From Candidatus Adlerbacteria bacterium (GTDB lineage Bacteria > Patescibacteriota > Minisyncoccia > Phycocordibacterales > SBAW01): a stretch of DNA of 64,000 nt. A program made the translations under genes and the position numbers. How positions within the stretch are numbered: position 1 is the first letter of the stretch; every line of letters starts with the position of its first letter. The notes beneath the pieces were generated by a model, which did not search any database, was not told where the DNA came from, and saw nothing but the letters and a program-made list of their open reading frames with translations. Shown here piece after piece: positions 29,017-38,376 of the stretch. Location of the stretch: positions 1,171-65,170 of the forward strand of contig JAYVXU010000058.1 of the NCBI GenBank assembly GCA_043784925.1, read 5' to 3'.

Positions 29017-29199
29017 CTACTGTGCCTCTCTGAGGCGACGGGCCTGGGTGAATACTTCCATCTGCTCTTTGTTGGCGTGGCGGGCTGCTTCGGTGAGCAC
29101 TTCCTCTTTTACGTCAGCAGGGGCATGCAGAAAGAAGTCCGAAAAACGGTCATTGGTTTTTGGCTCTTTGCTCCAGAAGGTTTTGATCCAATTTTTCAT
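29017..29199 (-). CDS. Hypothetical small protein
   Basis: 60-aa ORF overlapping the upstream ORF by 4 nt. No motif. Confidence 0.3.
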   Translation of the reverse strand: MKNWIKTFWSKEPKTNDRFSDFFLHAPADVKEEVLTEAARHANKEQMEVFTQARRLREAQ

Positions 29200-29492
29200 G
29201 ATAGTAGGTTTTGTAAGTCACTTTCAGTATAGCGCTCGGGTAGGAAAGCGTCAATTCCGCTTTCGGTGGTGATTCGCACAGTCGTTTCGACGTCCATTTT
29301 TTCGAAATCTTTCTTCACTAAAAATATAGCAACTTGATCATTAAATTCCTTTGAAATACGGTTGATGGTGTCGCGGGCACCCAAGAACTGCTCGATGAAG
29401 GCGGTCTGTGGGACATTCCTGCCCTCAGCCGTTTCTCTTGCCTCAGTAAATTTCCACGCCAGCTCCGAGGACTGGACGATGTTAGAACCTGT
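29196..29492 (-). pseudogene. 5'-truncated ORF abutting the left end of the integrated element
   Basis: The frame is open from 29492 (TGSNIVQSSELAWKFTEARETAEGRNVPQTAFIEQF-LGARDT...), but the only start is an internal TTG at 29384. A TAA at 29493-29495 belongs to the element side. Confidence 0.35.
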
Positions 29493-29560
29493 TTAGTAGA
29501 AGGTAAAAGCGAGTTTTTCTTCCGATGCCCTAGCTTTGCGATGAGCGCATAACGATTACA

Positions 29561-29590
29561 TAAAGAAAAGCCGCGCTTGTGAGGCGCGGC
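29561..29590 (-). terminator. Intrinsic terminator closing the R-M/ASCH/GNAT cassette
   Basis: GCCGCGC-ttgtgag-GCGCGGC stem followed on the minus strand by TTTTCTTTA, 17 nt past the stop at 29607. Confidence 0.7.
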
Positions 29591-29606
29591 TAGTTTGTTT
29601 CGTTGG

Positions 29607-30989
29607 TTACTTCACCACACGAATTTGGAGAACATACACGCCCAACTTTTCCTTATCGGTCGGGTAGATGCTACGCAGCACACGGAGCGCCCCAGTAGGA
29701 TTGTCCGGGACAACATGTGCAGGGTTTTCCTTGGCGAGCATGTCCGCGAAGGTATCGTACACTCGGACTTCAACCACTTGGATGACGCCAGAAACTCGGC
29801 CGCATTCCAGTTTGATTTGCTCGCCCTGCTTTATTTTCTTGATGTTGTCGTAGCCGACCCGAACCTCCAGAGGTTTCGTTCCAGCCATGATGGCATCAAA
29901 GTATTGTCTTTTGACACGCATTGTTTTCATAACTTCACCTCCGAGGACCAGGCCCCATTGTTGTGTCACGATGCCAGGCTTGTATGCTTCGGGCATCATT
30001 GCTTCGATTTGCCACCGATGATGCTGGAGTATTTCTACCTCAACACTCGATGGCACCGTGTGCGTATAGAGCTTATGCCCATCTTCCACAAGAAGCCCGG
30101 GAAGCTCTGCTGCAAGCGCAGCGAAAGCCTCTATCGTTTCAGCCACAAACGGCATTAGCTTAATTGGTTGCCCCTTCTTTGGCGTCGCCGCAGCCACCGC
30201 CAGCACTTTCCCATCTGGCGCTTTCGCAACCCAAATGAGTTTGTACTTTTCGTTCGGGTCATTACTGTCCCGACGTAGATAGCCTGCGAATAGTGCATCA
30301 ACCCACGCATCGTTAACACCTTCAAAGTTTGGAGAAAGGCGCTCGATGACGAGCTTTCGTACTTGTGGTTCATCTTCGGGAGTTAGAGGCCGAACTGAAA
30401 TAATCGGCTCGTAAATCACCGTTCCCACATGCTCCACGATTTTATAGAGCATCACCTCGTCCAAGTCTGAGCGGTAGTGGTTTCTCGCCATTCCCGCCCG
30501 CTCGAAGCCATGTGCAAGGAAGTACCCAAGCGCAAGTGTATTCTTCGCTGACACGGTGCAGTAAATCTGACGCACAGAATTGGTGTGTGCGTATGCAAAT
30601 ACACGCTCGAACAGTAGGCTACTTATTCCTTGTCCGCGAGACTGCTCTGCCACAATAAGCGGACTTATCTTGAGTGTGCCCTGATGCTTCACAACGAAGT
30701 TAAGCAGTCCGACGGTGGTTCCATCGTCTTCGGCGACATACATTATCTGCGCCGCAGAGAAATGGCCTTTTGCATCCACACCACCCGCAGCCGCCGTTTC
30801 GACGATGCGTTTGGCGTGGGCTCTGTGGTCACCTCCATAGAACGGCTCGAGAGCGTTGTGCATCATCTCGGCGATTATGGGTAAATCGCCAAGTTGCACT
30901 TCTCGTACACTGATAGGCATTACAACGTACCCCTTCTCTGATTGTTGCTGGGTGGCAGGATTGCCAACTTGAGCAACGAAGGACGACAC
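29607..30989 (-). CDS. GNAT-GNAT-ASCH fusion protein (acetyltransferase with PUA-like ASCH domain)
   Basis: GNAT acetyl-CoA motif QSRGQGISSLLFERV in domain 1 and a degenerate second GNAT-sized domain. The C-terminal 110 aa (MRVKRQYFDAIMAGTKPLEVRVGYDNIKKIKQGEQIKL...) has the ASCH pattern. The true start may be the internal M at 30920. Confidence 0.75.
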   Translation of the reverse strand: MSSFVAQVGNPATQQQSEKGYVVMPISVREVQLGDLPIIAEMMHNALEPFYGGDHRAHAKRIVETAAAGGVDAKGHFSAAQIMYVAEDDGTTVGLLNFVVKHQGTLKISPLIVAEQSRGQGISSLLFERVFAYAHTNSVRQIYCTVSAKNTLALGYFLAHGFERAGMARNHYRSDLDEVMLYKIVEHVGTVIYEPIISVRPLTPEDEPQVRKLVIERLSPNFEGVNDAWVDALFAGYLRRDSNDPNEKYKLIWVAKAPDGKVLAVAAATPKKGQPIKLMPFVAETIEAFAALAAELPGLLVEDGHKLYTHTVPSSVEVEILQHHRWQIEAMMPEAYKPGIVTQQWGLVLGGEVMKTMRVKRQYFDAIMAGTKPLEVRVGYDNIKKIKQGEQIKLECGRVSGVIQVVEVRVYDTFADMLAKENPAHVVPDNPTGALRVLRSIYPTDKEKLGVYVLQIRVVK

Positions 30990-31029
30990 CCTTGGGTGCC
31001 GTCCTTATGTAATACAATAGAATCTATGT

Positions 31030-31371
31030 TTAGTCTAGGAGCTCTAGGCGGAAGCCAACCACACCGTATTTCTGTTCTTCTTCATCGGGGTAAAACTGCT
31101 TTATTTGCTCCAAAAGCTGCTCTGCATTTCGTTCCCCACCAAACATAGTCGAGTCGTGGTCCTGGAATAGCTGTTTGAACGTTTCGTAGCGCAAAAGGCC
31201 AATTACGCGCGTTTGGAGAGTGTTTTCTGGGTGGTCATTCTCTGAAAACTCTATCTCATCACCTAGAGCTATCTGCTGGCGTTTCTCATCGTACAGGCGG
31301 CTTTCAATAACCTTCCTACCCTCTTTAATCGCCACGAATGGTTCGGTCCCTAATTTCATTGAGTGCTGCAT
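31030..31371 (-). CDS. Stand-alone ASCH domain protein
   Basis: 113 aa. MKLGTEPFVAIKEGRKVIESRLYDEKRQQIALGDEIEF is the canonical ASCH N-terminal beta-barrel pattern. Confidence 0.75.
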   Translation of the reverse strand: MQHSMKLGTEPFVAIKEGRKVIESRLYDEKRQQIALGDEIEFSENDHPENTLQTRVIGLLRYETFKQLFQDHDSTMFGGERNAEQLLEQIKQFYPDEEEQKYGVVGFRLELLD

Positions 31372-31421
31372 ATGTGCCGAATATAGCTTTTAATTTGCTT
31401 TGGGTCAAAAACTTTTTGATA

Positions 31422-33968
31422 CTATATCTTCTTTATTTCCTCAAGAAGTCGAGCTTGCTCTGCTTGGAGCCCTGCATTGAAGACGATACGGTACTCAAAG
31501 TTCTTGTTCACTTTTCGGAACTCCTCAAAACCCACTTGTTTTGCGAACACTTCGTTCGTGAGTTCCTCGTTCTTGCCCTTGTAAGTCTTTTGGTTCGCTT
31601 CGTAATCGGTCTTCTCGGCGTTGCTCTTTACCTCCACGACGAGGTAGCGTCCCTTCGATGTCTCCACCAAGAAATCGGGAAAATACCGCGCGTAGCACTG
31701 ACGTTCGGGGTTCCAGTAATCAAAGTAGAAGTCATTGTGTATGGCATCCACAACACCGCCCGTAAAGTAGATGTCAATAATTGCCTCATCTGCATCAAGG
31801 TAGTCGCGGAGATAGCGGAACAAGTCTTTTTCATCGCCACTATCAAAGTTGTAGGGGTTGATGTGAAAACCGATACGGCTCTTTTGCCCGTCTTCTTCCT
31901 CCTGTTCCCTATACACCACGAGAGTGTTTTTGCCGCGCTGTACGCTAATTTTGAACGGATAGAGCTTCGTAAGTTCAAGCTCCTCCTCAATCGTCTCCTC
32001 GCGCCAATCGTATTGATACGCCTTATCAAGGATTTCCTGCACAGTGAACGCGATGAGTGCAGGAGTCTTGTTCGCGTCCTTTACAAACTCCTCGCGGGTC
32101 TTGCCGCTCCCTGCGACGATGCTCTCAATAATTGAGCACGACAGGTGCGTGCGGCGATTGATGATTTCAGTCACCTCGTAGAAAGTGAAGTTGTTTTCCT
32201 CCTTCATTTTACGGACCGCTCGTGCCTCTTTGTATCCTGCGCGTCCCTCATTCATGAAGATGCCACCCTCGCTCACATACGACTGGTACTCTGACGGCTT
32301 AAACTTCTTGAAGTCTATCTTGAGGTTGGCGACATCCACAGTCTTCGCCGCGACAATCTCCTTAAGTACCTTCTTCACCTTTACGGTCTTACGCTTCTCT
32401 ATCTTAAGCTCGTGGTCAATCGTCTTTTGGTCTTGCGCGGAGAGTTCAGCAACACTGGTATCAAAGTTGTTCTTGAGCTCACGGTCCAGTATTTGATAGT
32501 TTGCTTTAGAGAGAAAGATGCGAGCAACCGTTGAGTTGTCGCCGATGGAGCGCAAACAGCGCGTAGACGATTGAAGCACGAAAATAGTGCTTTTCGGCTC
32601 ACGGTACAGAGCGCACGCAACAAGCGAGCGACAGTTCCACCCCTCCGTCCCTTTGCCCACAAGAAAGACGAACTGCTTTTTGCTATCGGCAGTATCTAAC
32701 TTTTGGAACTCGTCTTTGTTCTCCTCGGCTTCGGTGTGATACTCAAGCACTTTATCAAGCGCGAAGCCCTTACGAGCGAGTATTTTCTCTACAATCTGCT
32801 TCAACCCCTGTGTACGCCCATCACCACGAAGGTCCGCGATGCTCGCCGCATAGAAAGCTATTTTAGGAAGCCGCCCCTCAAGACGCTTCTCACCATACTC
32901 CGTAAGGAAAGTCTCCACGACTTCTTCAACGAATTTCTCCTCGCGCACATTCCCGTAATCCAAAATACGCACCTGCTTCAAGATGCCTTTTTCAATGCCG
33001 CTTTTGAGCCCAAAATGATACACAACGTCGGCAATCATCTTGTTCTGCACATACGGTGTACCCGTAAGGTTCACTACGGAGACGAGCGGCTTGTTACCGT
33101 GGATGTACTCAATCGTCTCGCGCGTACGTTTTAGCTCTGCATCCATTGTCTTGCCGTAGCTGTGATGTGCTTCGTCTACAAAAATAGAGAGCCGCTCAAG
33201 CTGGCGTATCGCAGAGAGGCGCGAATTCTCGGTCATTTGCCGCGCTATTTTATTCTTCTCTCCAAAGAGGGACTTCGTAGGACTCTCGGTGTTCCTACGC
33301 TTGAGAATTATCTTCTGCGAGTTGGAGACGATGATGTTGTAGTTGCCGATAGGAATGAGCGGAGTATCGGTACTCTCAAGGTAATGATATTTGATATTGA
33401 AAACAATGTTGCGGTATCCCTTCGGAAGCACTTTGCTGTAATCAAAGGTTTTTATCTCTTTCAAGCTATCAATGATGGTAGTGTCTGGCGCAAACACGAG
33501 GATGTTCTTGGCGAACCGTTCGTCTTCGGGGTGATGGAACGAGAGCACGAAATCGTAGAGCATCATCGTTGCCATCAAAATCGTCTTGCCCGAGCCCATC
33601 GTGAGCGCGTACACCTGATTAGCGTAATCGGACCCGCCGAACTTCTCCTCAAGGATGTCCTGTATCTTCTCATCTTTTTTCTTATCAAATGCGAGTTCAA
33701 GCGCTTCTTTGTCTGAAACACCGAGCGCACGCAAGAACTCAAGCTCGTTTTCAAATGACGAACGGAACACCTCAAGCGAGTGCTTGTTACCTTCAATCTC
33801 CTTGAGGTAAATGTATGTCTCAAGTGCCTCTATCTGCGGCTCATGGAGAAAACGCACTGTCTTGATATAACGAAGGATGGTGAGCGTTTCTTCTTGAGAG
33901 CCCTTGTACTCGGCAGCACGCCATACGGCTACTTTCTCTTTAATTTTCTGTAGGAAGGAACTGTCCAT
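31422..33968 (-). CDS. res: Type III restriction enzyme Res subunit (SF2 helicase + PD-(D/E)XK nuclease)
   Basis: Motif I TMGSGKT, motif II FVDEAHHS, C-terminal nuclease FPDFLV...LVVEVKS. 4 nt downstream of mod. Confidence 0.88.
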   Translation of the reverse strand: MDSSFLQKIKEKVAVWRAAEYKGSQEETLTILRYIKTVRFLHEPQIEALETYIYLKEIEGNKHSLEVFRSSFENELEFLRALGVSDKEALELAFDKKKDEKIQDILEEKFGGSDYANQVYALTMGSGKTILMATMMLYDFVLSFHHPEDERFAKNILVFAPDTTIIDSLKEIKTFDYSKVLPKGYRNIVFNIKYHYLESTDTPLIPIGNYNIIVSNSQKIILKRRNTESPTKSLFGEKNKIARQMTENSRLSAIRQLERLSIFVDEAHHSYGKTMDAELKRTRETIEYIHGNKPLVSVVNLTGTPYVQNKMIADVVYHFGLKSGIEKGILKQVRILDYGNVREEKFVEEVVETFLTEYGEKRLEGRLPKIAFYAASIADLRGDGRTQGLKQIVEKILARKGFALDKVLEYHTEAEENKDEFQKLDTADSKKQFVFLVGKGTEGWNCRSLVACALYREPKSTIFVLQSSTRCLRSIGDNSTVARIFLSKANYQILDRELKNNFDTSVAELSAQDQKTIDHELKIEKRKTVKVKKVLKEIVAAKTVDVANLKIDFKKFKPSEYQSYVSEGGIFMNEGRAGYKEARAVRKMKEENNFTFYEVTEIINRRTHLSCSIIESIVAGSGKTREEFVKDANKTPALIAFTVQEILDKAYQYDWREETIEEELELTKLYPFKISVQRGKNTLVVYREQEEEDGQKSRIGFHINPYNFDSGDEKDLFRYLRDYLDADEAIIDIYFTGGVVDAIHNDFYFDYWNPERQCYARYFPDFLVETSKGRYLVVEVKSNAEKTDYEANQKTYKGKNEELTNEVFAKQVGFEEFRKVNKNFEYRIVFNAGLQAEQARLLEEIKKI

Positions 33969-33972
33969 TGTT

Positions 33973-35802
33973 TTATTTCGTGTCTACCTCAAAGGTCTCA
34001 AAAAACTCCTCGCCTAGGACATCAATGATTTTTATCGCGACGGTATATTTACCCTTTTTCTTGTACTCCCACTCGTACTTCGCTTTTATAACATCCTTCT
34101 TTTCGGGCAGGTCCATAATTTCGGCATTGAACAGTTTGCCATTGTAATCCACATCAATGGCGACACTATCAACGATTTGCTTGAAATCCTTGACCTTCGC
34201 CTCATGCTCTTTCTTCAACATCTTGCCGTTCTCCAGCTCCAATTTGCGCATCAAGAGCGGTGAGTAAAACTCCTGTATCTCAACAGCGAGCTTCACGCCT
34301 TTTGTGGCCACCTTCACCTTGCTCTCGGGATATTGCTTGAAAATGAGGTCTTTCGTATCGGTGAGGATGTCATAGATTTTTACCTCAACACCTGTCTTGT
34401 TTTCTTTTTTGAGGAAGTCGTGTACGTCAAGCTCCATACCCGAACAGACGATAATAACGTTCTCATTGTAGACCGCCTCGCCATGCTTACTGACAGTCTT
34501 CTTGGTAAAGTTGTCCAGCTCGTCCTCTATGCCCTTGAGGAGCGAACGTGCATCCATCTTGCCGAGTACACGGTTGAGAGGAAGCACCTTCACAAAATTG
34601 CGGTCCAGTACGCCGTCAAAATAGGACCGCTTCATGGGCTCCACGCCATACATTTCCATCACTATCTCCTTCGCCTCAATTTCGTTCTTAAAGACATCGT
34701 ATTCGTTCACATTGAGCACCTTGAAGCCGAGTGAGCCCTTGAAATCCTTTGCCTTTTCTTTTTGTTGGTCTGCAACAATTTGCGCGAGGCGTCTTGTGCT
34801 CGTCTGTATCGCGCCGATGTTTATGTCGCAACCTATCCAGCGCCGCCCGAGCTTTTGCGCGACGGCAGCAGTAGTGCCTGAGCCCATAAAGAAATCCGCC
34901 ACAAGGTCACCCTCGTTGGAGGACGCACTTATGATGCGCTCTAGCAATTCCTCTGGCTTCTGCGTCGGATACCCAGTACGCTCATACGCGTTTCCACGTA
35001 TATATCTCACTTCCCACACATCATCTGTAGCCTTACCATTTGCCACAAGGTCCTCCTCATATTGCTTTGTGGTGCGGTCCATATTCATATCTGGCACTAG
35101 TAAATACCTTCTACCGTCTGTGTCGGTATGTATTTTTTCATGCCGAGATTTTGCGTATTCATCAAAATCAATAGTCTCAACAGGCAACGTAAACTTCATC
35201 TTGCCTGCGTTTTTTGCATAAAAAAGAATAGTGTCATGTTTGCGATTATAGGTTGAGACTCCATGCATCATTCTCCCACCGTAGTGCCATATAATCTCAT
35301 TCTGAAAATTTTTCTCACCAAATATTTCATCAAGCAAAACGCGTACATAGGAGACCTTTCTCCAATCAAGATGGACATACAAACTTCCTGTTTCTGAAAG
35401 AAGTTCTTTCATCACCAAGAAGCGTTCGTAGAGAAATTGCAAAAACTCGTCTTTCTCCCACATGTCGGCATATTGTTTCTCTTCCAGAACACTCATCTTC
35501 ACTCCTTCCACACGCTCATCTCGTAGCAAGATTTTTTTGAAATACTCCGCCGCACTATCAAAAGGAGGGTCAATGTAGATAAGGTCCACCTCGCCGCGAT
35601 ACTCCTTGAGCAAGTGCGAAAGCACCTGCAAGTTGTCGCCCCAAAATAGCTTATTGAAATCCTTTGCGGTCTTGTCGCCGTACACTTCCTTCTCCTGTGC
35701 AGGGAAATACTGCACGCTCTCAAGTGGATGCTTGCCAACCCACTGGAGAAGCGGGCGGCCCTTTGCCTGCTCTACTTTTTGAAATTCGTTTTTATTCGCC
35801 AT
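33973..35802 (-). CDS. mod: Type III DNA methyltransferase Mod subunit (beta-class, probably N6-adenine)
   Basis: Motif [12 protein letters not shown] precedes motif [25 protein letters not shown]. Has a roughly 270-aa C-terminal extension. Confidence 0.88.
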   Translation of the reverse strand: MANKNEFQKVEQAKGRPLLQWVGKHPLESVQYFPAQEKEVYGDKTAKDFNKLFWGDNLQVLSHLLKEYRGEVDLIYIDPPFDSAAEYFKKILLRDERVEGVKMSVLEEKQYADMWEKDEFLQFLYERFLVMKELLSETGSLYVHLDWRKVSYVRVLLDEIFGEKNFQNEIIWHYGGRMMHGVSTYNRKHDTILFYAKNAGKMKFTLPVETIDFDEYAKSRHEKIHTDTDGRRYLLVPDMNMDRTTKQYEEDLVANGKATDDVWEVRYIRGNAYERTGYPTQKPEELLERIISASSNEGDLVADFFMGSGTTAAVAQKLGRRWIGCDINIGAIQTSTRRLAQIVADQQKEKAKDFKGSLGFKVLNVNEYDVFKNEIEAKEIVMEMYGVEPMKRSYFDGVLDRNFVKVLPLNRVLGKMDARSLLKGIEDELDNFTKKTVSKHGEAVYNENVIIVCSGMELDVHDFLKKENKTGVEVKIYDILTDTKDLIFKQYPESKVKVATKGVKLAVEIQEFYSPLLMRKLELENGKMLKKEHEAKVKDFKQIVDSVAIDVDYNGKLFNAEIMDLPEKKDVIKAKYEWEYKKKGKYTVAIKIIDVLGEEFFETFEVDTK

Positions 35803-35838
35803 AGTAATCGTAATGTTTTGATAACGCGCCGCGCTCGC

Positions 35839-36039
35839 CTATCCGTCTGTCTGCATAAGCTTGCGGATGTCTTCCTTTCGGTATCTGCGAACGCGCCGCT
35901 CGCCGATACGCACTGCGGGGAGAATGCCCTTTTTGTCCCACGCTCGGAGCGTGTTTGGATGGACCTTGAGCAACTCGCACGCCTCCTTGAGAGTGAGGAG
36001 GCCTGTCATTTTATCGTTATTTCCCTTCGGTTCTTGCAT
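35839..36039 (-). CDS. Excisionase/MerR-type HTH DNA-binding protein (R-M controller or recombination directionality factor)
   Basis: 66 aa. LLTLKEACELLKVHPNTLRAWDKKGILPAVRIGERRVRRYRKEDI matches the excisionase-family HTH pattern. Confidence 0.75.
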   Translation of the reverse strand: MQEPKGNNDKMTGLLTLKEACELLKVHPNTLRAWDKKGILPAVRIGERRVRRYRKEDIRKLMQTDG

Positions 36040-36137
36040 ATTGCTTCACACCCTACATTTGATAACATTATCTTACAGTATGGGCTACCGTGAGCAAAAT
36101 CACGCGCTGTGGAAAGAGCCCCTTTATTACGATTACT

Positions 36138-37337
36138 ATGGCAAAAGAATACTCGGAAAAGAGCTTTTTGTTGGAGATAGACGACTACGCGCTCGTTGAG
36201 CAGTACCTACTTTCGCGCAACATCACTGATTTTTCATACACAAAACCTACGGGCAAGAAGAACACGGAGGATACAGTCATCCAGATTGAAGCGGCACTAC
36301 GCAAGCAGGGCGAGACACACCAGCAAGAGATTGAGCGCGACTTTCAGCGCATCAGTCATCTCTCAAATGAAAAGGGTTCACAGAACTTGATGACGGAAGC
36401 CGCCGAGCAAAGCATCGCACTCGCCCCCGCGCAAACGATTGAACAGAACCCGCATGACAGAGCCTTTTGGTTTTTCCTCAATCATCCAGATGTCTTTGAC
36501 CAAGCGGATGCGGTCCAACAGTTCTATGACCTAAATGGGTGGAAGCGCGTGCCTGTACCATCAAAGAGCATTGACTTTGTACAAAACAAAAAGGGCGCAC
36601 TCTTAGAAGCACTCAAAAAGCACTACGGCGAGAAAGAGGCGCGCGGCAAGTATGGCGATGTTGATGTGTATCCCAAAAAAGACCGCGTGTATGTAGTGGC
36701 GCGGCTCACCGATTACGCCGAAAGCGACTTTACGCCAGACGAGAAAACGGGAGGGCTCAAAAAGGGCGGTACGCGCCGCCCTACCTTTGAGGTCTACTAT
36801 CTTTACCGCCCAAATGAAGGCGATGAGGATAACGGCGGGGAGCTTGAGATAAAGGCACGGGGAGGATGGCAGAAGCAACGAGACCTCCTCGCCATCTTCG
36901 CAAAGTCCGTCTTTGAGCACGAGATGGATGATAGCAAACAAACCTTTAACCTTGAACTCCTCAAAAACCCCACCTTTGCGATGGTGGCAGACCCAAATGA
37001 CCAGATGGAATGGTGGTGGCTCAAGTCGTTGGAGCTGCGCACGAAAGACCGCTTAACTCGTGTCAAAATCACTGTAAGCAACGATAGCAGGGGTGGTGTA
37101 GCTCCAATGTGGGACCAGCTAGGCCACCTAAATCTTGCAGACAAAATCGGCGATATGCTCATCAACAGCGCAGATTTTCAAATCAAGTTCAAACCGAGCA
37201 AACAACGCCAGAAAGGAACAGCCTCTTTCAATATCAACTGGAAGGACAGTTGCTCACTAAACAGCATAGACGAGTTCAATATCAAAGCGAGGACGGTCCT
37301 CAAACAATCAAAACTGGACTGTGGCTTTGACAACTAA
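36138..37337 (+). CDS. Hypothetical protein (element cargo, no recognisable domain)
   Basis: 399 aa from ATG 36138 (track start is GTG 36090). Divergent from the HTH gene. Its 3' end overlaps the next ORF by 17 nt. Confidence 0.6.
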   Translation: MAKEYSEKSFLLEIDDYALVEQYLLSRNITDFSYTKPTGKKNTEDTVIQIEAALRKQGETHQQEIERDFQRISHLSNEKGSQNLMTEAAEQSIALAPAQTIEQNPHDRAFWFFLNHPDVFDQADAVQQFYDLNGWKRVPVPSKSIDFVQNKKGALLEALKKHYGEKEARGKYGDVDVYPKKDRVYVVARLTDYAESDFTPDEKTGGLKKGGTRRPTFEVYYLYRPNEGDEDNGGELEIKARGGWQKQRDLLAIFAKSVFEHEMDDSKQTFNLELLKNPTFAMVADPNDQMEWWWLKSLELRTKDRLTRVKITVSNDSRGGVAPMWDQLGHLNLADKIGDMLINSADFQIKFKPSKQRQKGTASFNINWKDSCSLNSIDEFNIKARTVLKQSKLDCGFDN

Positions 37338-38286
37338 CATTATTGCGCGGCAGGTACATTTCTACCCCGCCACCATAGACGGACAAGAAGCGGAGGAGAA
37401 CCGCAAGGAGTTTGATGCGCTTGTCGCGCTTGGTATCCTTGAGCGGACAACAACACCAACGCACCGCATTTGCCCAACCTGTAATGGCGAGACACTTGGG
37501 GTGCAGGTTGTATCAGAAACGCGGGCATACACACTCTGCGCGACGGACGAAGCGGCGGGACGCGATTACTTCAACCCAGAGGAGCTCAAACAATGGGTAC
37601 TAAATACCCCACGCCTTCTCTCACTGTTTCAAGAGGCACTCGGCATCACTACCCCAAAAGTGAACGAGAACGCACAGGGCTTGTTATGGGACTTCGGCAC
37701 GCAAGCAGTAAACATGGTGCATTACCATCTTTTCTTTTGTCGCAACATAGACGAGATAAATAAACCGCGCCTCTCAATCATCACCGCGCTTCCGCACAGC
37801 GTTGTCTTCTACTCTGGCACACCTCACACCTCGCTCCCCGAGAAAGTTCTACTCGTGCCGCTCGCGGACCTCATAAAGAGCATAGGAAAATCCATTATCC
37901 TTGAGAAAGCAATCGTAGAACTATACTTTCCAAAGGGTGTGTACGCCACGAAGGATAGCGACTTGGAACTTGATGACACTATCGTTTTACAGGGTGAGCA
38001 CCTGCTCTTTGAGCCCTTACGCGGTGGTGTGTACCAGAAGCAGAGCGCAAAAATCCGTCCACTCGGACAGCGCATTATTTCGCATCTCTATGGCATACGG
38101 AAATACCCGCAACACGCCAAGACGCTTGATGTGCTTGCGACGGCACTTTCAAGCACAAAGGTCTCGGTCTCAAACGAGATAAACCGCATACAAAAAATCT
38201 GTTCTGATAATGGATTGACTCCGATACTGCACAAGTTCGCTGGCAACAAATGGGGCATCAACTCTCAACTCAAATGCTGTAAATAG
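37321..38286 (+). CDS. Hypothetical protein, possible C-terminal OmpR/PhoB-like winged helix
   Basis: 321 aa with a GTG start. CPTC near the N-terminus. C-terminus IRPLGQRIISHLY...TLDVLATAL...VSVSNEINRIQKIC...ILHKFAGNKWGIN resembles the trans_reg_C layout (pattern-level only). Confidence 0.55.
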   Translation: MALTTNIIARQVHFYPATIDGQEAEENRKEFDALVALGILERTTTPTHRICPTCNGETLGVQVVSETRAYTLCATDEAAGRDYFNPEELKQWVLNTPRLLSLFQEALGITTPKVNENAQGLLWDFGTQAVNMVHYHLFFCRNIDEINKPRLSIITALPHSVVFYSGTPHTSLPEKVLLVPLADLIKSIGKSIILEKAIVELYFPKGVYATKDSDLELDDTIVLQGEHLLFEPLRGGVYQKQSAKIRPLGQRIISHLYGIRKYPQHAKTLDVLATALSSTKVSVSNEINRIQKICSDNGLTPILHKFAGNKWGINSQLKCCK

Positions 38287-38306
38287 TTCACCAGAGCGTT
38301 CACCAG
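38286..38306 (+). repeat. Tandem direct repeat GTTCACCAG x2 (12-nt period), with an inverted hexamer GGTGAA about 110 nt downstream (near 38410)
   Basis: GTTCACCAG agc GTTCACCAG, starting at the last base of the 321-aa gene's stop codon and upstream of the Rep/recombinase gene string. Confidence 0.5.
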
Positions 38307-38348
38307 GTTCGCTTCGTGAGTGGATAACTGCTCACTCACGCGCCAAAA

Positions 38349-38376
38349 GAACCCGAGAAATCGGGCTTTTTTATTT
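38349..38376 (+). terminator. Weak intrinsic terminator
   Basis: CCCGA-gaaa-TCGGG followed by CTTTTTTATTTT. Confidence 0.45.

Noticed and set aside
29462-29497. Gapped resemblance to the tRNA-Asn 3' end (blocks GCTCCG, GGACTNGA, ACCT in the same order as 41761-41786), considered as a displaced tRNA fragment or att site
   Set aside because: The alignment requires indels of 5 and 10 nt and only about 17 matched bases. The exact 12-nt repeat GTTAGAACCTGT that overlaps it is a better boundary candidate.
29595-35221. Long plus-strand ORFs inside the island (29595-30158, 31338-32135, 33162-33716, 34634-35221)
   Set aside because: All are antisense to well-supported minus-strand genes (GNAT-ASCH, res, mod). 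The translations lack motifs and are rich in Leu, Phe and Val, as expected from complementing Lys/Glu-rich genes.
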